Assembly (NCBI GenBank): GCA_963665815.1 | Contig: OY762463.1 | Span: forward strand, 3,200,001 to 3,264,000 | Direction: 5' to 3' | From: Candidatus Cloacimonadales bacterium | Lineage (GTDB): Bacteria; Cloacimonadota; Cloacimonadia; Cloacimonadales; JAIOQZ01 | Length of the DNA: 64,000 nucleotides | Part shown: in pieces, positions 58,814-64,000 of the stretch | Numbering within the stretch: position 1 is the first letter of the stretch | Layout: each line of letters opens with the position of its first letter | Notes under the pieces: generated by a model | Seen by the model: only the letters and a program-made list of their open reading frames with translations | Told to the model about the DNA's origin: nothing | Databases searched by the model: none | Translations under genes and position numbers: made by a program

Positions 58814-60355
58814 ATGTTCAGCAAATCAATTTCCTATGCAGTCCTGGGAATCGATGCAACTCAAGTTACTGTTGAAGCTGATATCAAAGGCGGTCTTGGG
58901 AAATTCTCTATCGTTGGTCTGCCATCAAATACAATAAAAGAAAGCCGTGACAGAATTACTGCTGCAATCAAAAATAGCGGATTCAAGTTTCTGTCCTATA
59001 ACTATACAATCAATCTTGCTCCCGCAGATATTAAGAAAGACGGTGTTGCTCTCGATCTGCCCGGAGCAGTTGCTATTCTTGCAGCATCAAAACAGATGAG
59101 ACATGATAAACTCGATCAATACGCTGTAATCGGCGAGCTGTCTCTCGATGGGAACGTTCGACCTATCCGCGGAGTTCTGCCAATTGCTATTGCAGCCAAA
59201 CGAGATAATCTTAAAGGGATAATCCTTCCAAGAGAAAATGCTGATGAAGCAGCAATTATTGAAGGTCTGAACGTTTACCCTGTGGAACATCTTAACGAAG
59301 CAGTTGAATTTCTGAACGGTACAATGAAGATTGAAGAACATATTGTTGATCAGGACAAATACTTTGGTGGACTTAACACTTCTCTTGTAGATATGTACGA
59401 TGTTAAAGGACAGTTTCAGGTTAAAAGAGCCTTGGAAATAGCAGCAGCCGGAAGTCACAATATTCTCATGATCGGACCTCCGGGATCAGGAAAAACCATG
59501 CTGGCAAGACGAATCTCGACAATCCTACCTGATTTCAGTCTGGATGAAGCACTGGAAACAACCAAAATCCACTCTGTTGCCGGACTGATGGAAACTCGTG
59601 AAAACGGGATTGTCAAAGAACGCCCTTTCCGCTCACCGCATCACACCATATCTGATGTCGCTCTTATTGGAGGAGGCAGCTACCCTAAACCGGGTGAAGT
59701 CTCACTGTCTCATAACGGCATCCTGTTTCTCGATGAACTTCCCGAGTTCAAAAAAACAGTTCTGGAAGTACTCAGACAACCCCTCGAAGACGAGATTGTC
59801 ACAATATCACGTGCAACTCAATCACTTGTATTTCCTGCCAAGTTCATGCTCGTGGCATCCATGAATCCCTGCCCCTGCGGTTATTACGGATCAGAAACAG
59901 AAGGGCATTCCTGTAAATGCTCAATCGGGCAAATACAAAGATACAGATCAAAGATTTCCGGACCTCTCCTCGACAGGATTGATCTGCATGTAGAAGTCCC
60001 TGCAGTAGAATTCGACGAACTGAGTAAACTGCCGGTAGGAGAAAAATCCGAGGAAGTCCGAGAACGGGTTAATGTAGCCCGTCAAGTACAATTGGACAGA
60101 TTTGACGGAAGTGAGATATTCAGCAACTCCCAGATGAATTCGAAACAGATGCGCAAACATTGCCAACTGGATGATAAATGTACAGCCCTGCTCAAAAAGG
60201 CAATGGACAATCTGGGACTGTCCGCCAGAGCGTTCGACAGGATTCGAAAGGTTGCCCGTACAATAGCGGATCTCGATAAAAGCGGAGCTATAAAACCACA
60301 CCATGTCAGTGAAGCGGTTCAATACAGAAGTCTGGACAGGAAGTTCTGGAGTTGA
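58814..60355 (+). CDS. comM: ComM/YifB Mg-chelatase-like AAA+ ATPase
   Basis: INLAPAD, GELSLDG, GPPGSGKTMLA, RPFRSPHH, FLDELPEF, MNPCPCG, SGPLLDRID, LSARA..R..KVARTIADL. Confidence 0.95.
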   Translation: MFSKSISYAVLGIDATQVTVEADIKGGLGKFSIVGLPSNTIKESRDRITAAIKNSGFKFLSYNYTINLAPADIKKDGVALDLPGAVAILAASKQMRHDKLDQYAVIGELSLDGNVRPIRGVLPIAIAAKRDNLKGIILPRENADEAAIIEGLNVYPVEHLNEAVEFLNGTMKIEEHIVDQDKYFGGLNTSLVDMYDVKGQFQVKRALEIAAAGSHNILMIGPPGSGKTMLARRISTILPDFSLDEALETTKIHSVAGLMETRENGIVKERPFRSPHHTISDVALIGGGSYPKPGEVSLSHNGILFLDELPEFKKTVLEVLRQPLEDEIVTISRATQSLVFPAKFMLVASMNPCPCGYYGSETEGHSCKCSIGQIQRYRSKISGPLLDRIDLHVEVPAVEFDELSKLPVGEKSEEVRERVNVARQVQLDRFDGSEIFSNSQMNSKQMRKHCQLDDKCTALLKKAMDNLGLSARAFDRIRKVARTIADLDKSGAIKPHHVSEAVQYRSLDRKFWS

Positions 60356-60585
60356 GGGAAGATGAAGTAGAGAATGGGAATGAACATGGAACAAAATAAG
60401 CATCTAAAAATATGTTTTCATACGGTCAGTTAACCTATATATATCTTGATGAAAAATTAATATTGACTTATAAGAATTTCATTTTTGACAATTACATAGG
60501 AGTTTGATTATCAATTTTTAATGATATGGATTAGTTAAAAGTTTACACTAAATCGCAAATTTATCTGGTTTTAATTTATAGATTA

Positions 60586-61518
60586 ATGGAGGAGAACATG
60601 ATTATAAAACGCAAAGAGCTGTATGTTGAAGATTTAATTGAAATCATAGAGAATCTAAAAGTTAGGCTGAATGAAATGAAACAAAAACTTACAGTAGATG
60701 AGATTATTAACAAAGGATTGTTTGTAATGTCATCTTCCATTTTTGAAGACTCTATTCGCTCAATACTAAAGGAAATTTTACTGAAATATCCACAAAAACT
60801 TAAAGATAAATCTTATACTATATCCAGAAAGGTTGTTCATAATATTTCATTAAATGGATTCGAGGTAATAATTGATCATGCTTTGTTCAAATTATTCCAT
60901 GAAGGAGTTAAAGAACAGTTATTATATGCATTCAAAATCATTTCCAATAAGGTTGAAAAAGACCTACTACCTGAATCTCTAAAAGTTATAGATGGCTGTG
61001 AGGAAGTCTCATGGTATAGGAATGCATTAATACATAATGGAGGGAGACCGACACAAATGATTATAAATCAAGCAAAATATCATAGAAATGAGAAAAACGA
61101 TAAAATCAATTTCAACAAGGACTTAGTTAGTCGCTTCATAAATGAATATAGTAATATATCTAATATAATAAAGAATGAAGTCATCGAAAAGTTTACGCAA
61201 CATAGACCTGAGACTAAAATTAAAAAACTAAAAAAACTGTGGAGTAAATGTTTTAATAGTCCTCTTTTATCTTTTGACAGTTATTGGTCATATTGTACCG
61301 AAAAAGATATTGTTATTGATGCAAAATTCACAAGCTCAGAAAATGCACTTAGCTCAGGTGAATCAGTTCTATTGTCTATCTGGAGAAGCCAGTTCAATGA
61401 TGTATATAAGGCAAAAAGTTTCATAGTATTGAACATAAACTATGATTTAATCTATGAAATGTATAAAGTGTTTGATGAAGTAAAGTTTTTTTATATGCAC
61501 CAGATCGCTATTCCATAG
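60586..61518 (+). CDS. Hypothetical protein with HEPN-like R-x4-H motif
   Basis: SSIFEDSI and RNALIHNGG; AT-rich. Confidence 0.6.
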   Translation: MEENMIIKRKELYVEDLIEIIENLKVRLNEMKQKLTVDEIINKGLFVMSSSIFEDSIRSILKEILLKYPQKLKDKSYTISRKVVHNISLNGFEVIIDHALFKLFHEGVKEQLLYAFKIISNKVEKDLLPESLKVIDGCEEVSWYRNALIHNGGRPTQMIINQAKYHRNEKNDKINFNKDLVSRFINEYSNISNIIKNEVIEKFTQHRPETKIKKLKKLWSKCFNSPLLSFDSYWSYCTEKDIVIDAKFTSSENALSSGESVLLSIWRSQFNDVYKAKSFIVLNINYDLIYEMYKVFDEVKFFYMHQIAIP

Positions 61519-61766
61519 ACCGTAAGAATTTAGGGTAAAATATATTAGATTACATATTTATACTAAATCTAAACCAAACAAACTCGGTTTGTTCAGCTAC
61601 ATGTAATATCGCTTGTCTTCCTTTCCCTCACTGCAAAGATTATATACCAATGTCTCATATCAAAGAATACTAAACTTCAGAATGGTACAATCTTAGGGGA
61701 AGTTCAGATAGGTGAACTGATTTTGACTGAAAACGCCCACTCATCTAATGCATAGTATAAATCCCC

Positions 61767-62780
61767 CTACTCTACAACATCTCCTTCAGCTTCTTCTATC
61801 AATTCCTGTGAAGGATGGATATTCCATTCTGCCAGCTTTTTAAGATCGAATGCTGTACCAACCGGAGGCCATTCAGGAATAATATCTTTGATATCCTCCC
61901 CCCTGAACAATCTGTCTATCATTTTTGCTGCTTGAACTCCTGCACCTGTCAGACATGGATAGATTGAGAAAGCAGCACCCCAATCTTCCATTACATCTTT
62001 TCTACCCTGTCCCAGCAAGGGTTTAGTGGATGTTTTGTATACCATCTCAGCAAAAGTTCTTTGTACTCCCATCTGATCATTAGGGCTGATATATATATCT
62101 ACCTCAGAATCAATTTCCTTAACATGGTCTTCAGCCAACTGAGTCATTCTTATATATCCTAACTCACTTTTGACAAACTCAACTTTTCTGAAGACGAAAT
62201 TCAAATCCATGAAGTCCGGTAGTTCATGGCTCTCCTTGATCCACTCAACATAACTGAGCGACTGAGGCATTTCGGAGTAGATCAGCCCGATATTCTTAAC
62301 ATTCGGCATGACCTTACGTATAAATCTAAGCCTCTCTTCTATCTTAACAGGATAGCAAACACCCGTAAAGTTGGCTTTGGGGCTTTCCTCAAAATTGTCT
62401 ATAATACCCAGACCAACGGGGTCGGTGACACTCGCAAAAACAACTTTGTATTTATCATTCCCCATAACCTGATTGCGCATACCCTCTGCCGCAACAGTGC
62501 CGTTCACAAAAATCACATCGTATTCATTATCCTTCTCTTTTCGGAATACGTTTCTGGCTGCACCCACATGATTTGCCAGCGAGTAATATACGATAACCAG
62601 ATTTTTATTCACGACATATCCTGATCTGTTAAGTTCTGCCAGCATGGATTCTCTCACAGACAGATATGGTTCACTATCCTGGGAATCAATAATAAGCAGT
62701 CTATATACATTATCTCCGGCTGAAAGGCTGAAAATGAGCATTAAGAACATGGCTGTTAAAAGCACTTTACCCGAAATCAT
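61767..62780 (-). CDS. Orphan ABC-type substrate-binding protein (ABC_sub_bind-like)
   Basis: Signal peptide; VVFASVTDPVGLG, NFTGV, MPNVKNIGLIYS, G.QAAKM..R.F.GE. Confidence 0.85.
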   Translation of the reverse strand: MISGKVLLTAMFLMLIFSLSAGDNVYRLLIIDSQDSEPYLSVRESMLAELNRSGYVVNKNLVIVYYSLANHVGAARNVFRKEKDNEYDVIFVNGTVAAEGMRNQVMGNDKYKVVFASVTDPVGLGIIDNFEESPKANFTGVCYPVKIEERLRFIRKVMPNVKNIGLIYSEMPQSLSYVEWIKESHELPDFMDLNFVFRKVEFVKSELGYIRMTQLAEDHVKEIDSEVDIYISPNDQMGVQRTFAEMVYKTSTKPLLGQGRKDVMEDWGAAFSIYPCLTGAGVQAAKMIDRLFRGEDIKDIIPEWPPVGTAFDLKKLAEWNIHPSQELIEEAEGDVVE

Positions 62781-63057
62781 TTCTGCTCCTGTTTAAGATT
62801 ATAAGCTGAATCCTGACAATCTATTTATATAATATAGATTCAAAACTACCAATGAGCAAGATTTTGTTTGTTTCTGAATAACAACTTTTAGTAATTCAGT
62901 TAAGAGCTTTAACTGCTAACTGTTGTTTAATAACTGATAAATCAACATATTTTCTTTTAAGTGGAAGATATAGAGGAGAAAAATTAACAAAGTTCTGGAC
63001 ATATTTCTGTTTATTATTTGAACTTACATAAAAAGCAAGCATGCAGGAGTGAGGACC

Positions 63058-63354
63058 ATGAAAGCTATAAGTCCGGACAAACAACTTGAAATGTGTACAG
63101 AGATTATTGTGGCTAATGTAAGAACTAGAACACTCGAAGTAAAACAAATCATCAGTATGATCCAGGATGTGTCCTGCACTCTCAGACAATGGTACGGATG
63201 GGACAACGGCACTGCCTCGAGAGAACAGCAGTTCGAATGCTGCCAGAGAATAGCAATTGCCTATACGGAACAGCATTCCTCCAAGTTCCTGGTAGCCCCT
63301 ATGATCGCCGCGATTGCCTCTAAACTCAGAGAATTCTACGGATGGGAGGAGTGA
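63058..63354 (+). CDS. Small hypothetical protein with two internal repeats ending LR..YGW
   Basis: GGAG/GAGG RBS; repeats Q.E.C..I..A...MI......LR..YGW. Confidence 0.65.
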   Translation: MKAISPDKQLEMCTEIIVANVRTRTLEVKQIISMIQDVSCTLRQWYGWDNGTASREQQFECCQRIAIAYTEQHSSKFLVAPMIAAIASKLREFYGWEE

Positions 63355-63631
63355 GGGGGAGTAAGCCAATATCAAATACAGAACTTTTATGTTTTCATAT
63401 TTGCTGATAAAGACATGATCAAGAAATTGTGTGTGCTACAATCAGTTAATAATCAGTATTTTAGGCTTTCATCACATCTGAATATTATTAGTTGAATCAA
63501 AACACAGTCAAGAATTTATTTATGCCCAGAATGGTTGCTAATCTGCTGAGTAAAGAGGATTTTGTAATTGATTTGACAGAAAATAACTGTTGCAGTTAAG
63601 TTTACTGAGATTTGAACTACTGGAGTAGAGA

Positions 63632-64000
63632 ATGAGTGAGAGAGAGAAATATAACAGTTTTGACATACCGTTATTGCCTGAGAAGTTAAGACAAGCTAAA
63701 GAAGAAAATAGATTAGCAGTATTTATTGGTGCGGGAGTTTCAAGGCTTTTAGGATGTATGGGATGGGATCAATTAGCAGAAAACTTAATTGAAACATGTA
63801 GGAAGGAAGATTTAATAAACTTCTTTGAGAGTAAGAGATTAGGACAGAATAGGAGTCAGAAACAGATAATTTCTACTTGCTTCGAAGTATTGAAGAATGG
63901 TAGTAAATTAGACAAGTTTTATGATGAATTAGACAAATCCTTAACCCCTTCAGACGAATATCTTAAAAAGGGAAGAAAAAGAAATATATATGATGACCTA
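63632..64000 (+). CDS. SIR2-like (NADase-type) domain protein, truncated by window end; absent from the ORF track
   Basis: GGAG RBS; open frame MSEREKYNSFDIPLLPEKLRQAKEENRLAVFIGAGVSRLLGCMGWDQLAENLI..., the typical SIR2_2 N-terminus (FIGAGVS...W). Confidence 0.85.
   Translation, partial: MSEREKYNSFDIPLLPEKLRQAKEENRLAVFIGAGVSRLLGCMGWDQLAENLIETCRKEDLINFFESKRLGQNRSQKQIISTCFEVLKNGSKLDKFYDELDKSLTPSDEYLKKGRKRNIYDDL

Noticed and set aside
30-62624. Numerous short ORFs overlapping the long genes in other frames or strands
   Set aside because: No recognisable motifs or RBS; composition typical of antisense shadows
62896-63375. 159-aa minus-strand ORF
   Set aside because: Antisense to the plus-strand repeat protein, which has an RBS and internal repeat structure

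Overview
AT-rich bacterial chromosomal window. The C-terminal 'NPFNP...NIKGQKV...SGVYF' sorting tails and the gene content suggest an FCB-group anaerobe, most likely Candidatus Cloacimonadota (inference). Housekeeping genes include buk, dnaE, yraN, priA, ybeY, nagZ, lpxH, two cyclophilins, purC, lnt, recJ, rnpB, nadC and comM. The main finding is an 11-kb, 8-gene operon (11936-23016): beta-barrel, two TPR proteins, a small secreted protein, MotA/TolQ, two unequal ExbD/TolR proteins and a GltG/PglI-like TonB-type transducer. This is the architecture of the myxobacterial Agl-Glt/Nfs envelope motor core, here with probable glycan-binding domains on the giant TPR subunit. Other observations: (i) beta-helix surface-protein genes that look like cassettes, with conserved ends, variable middles and flanking direct repeats; (ii) several apparent pseudoenzymes (HisRS-like, UvrC-N-like, CheA-like); (iii) a nonsense-disrupted gene; (iv) a perfect 20-bp palindrome inside a 15-bp duplication; (v) a probable defence island starting after comM (HEPN-like and SIR2-like genes, the latter cut by the window end). 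All family calls come from motif recognition by eye; no database searches were run.
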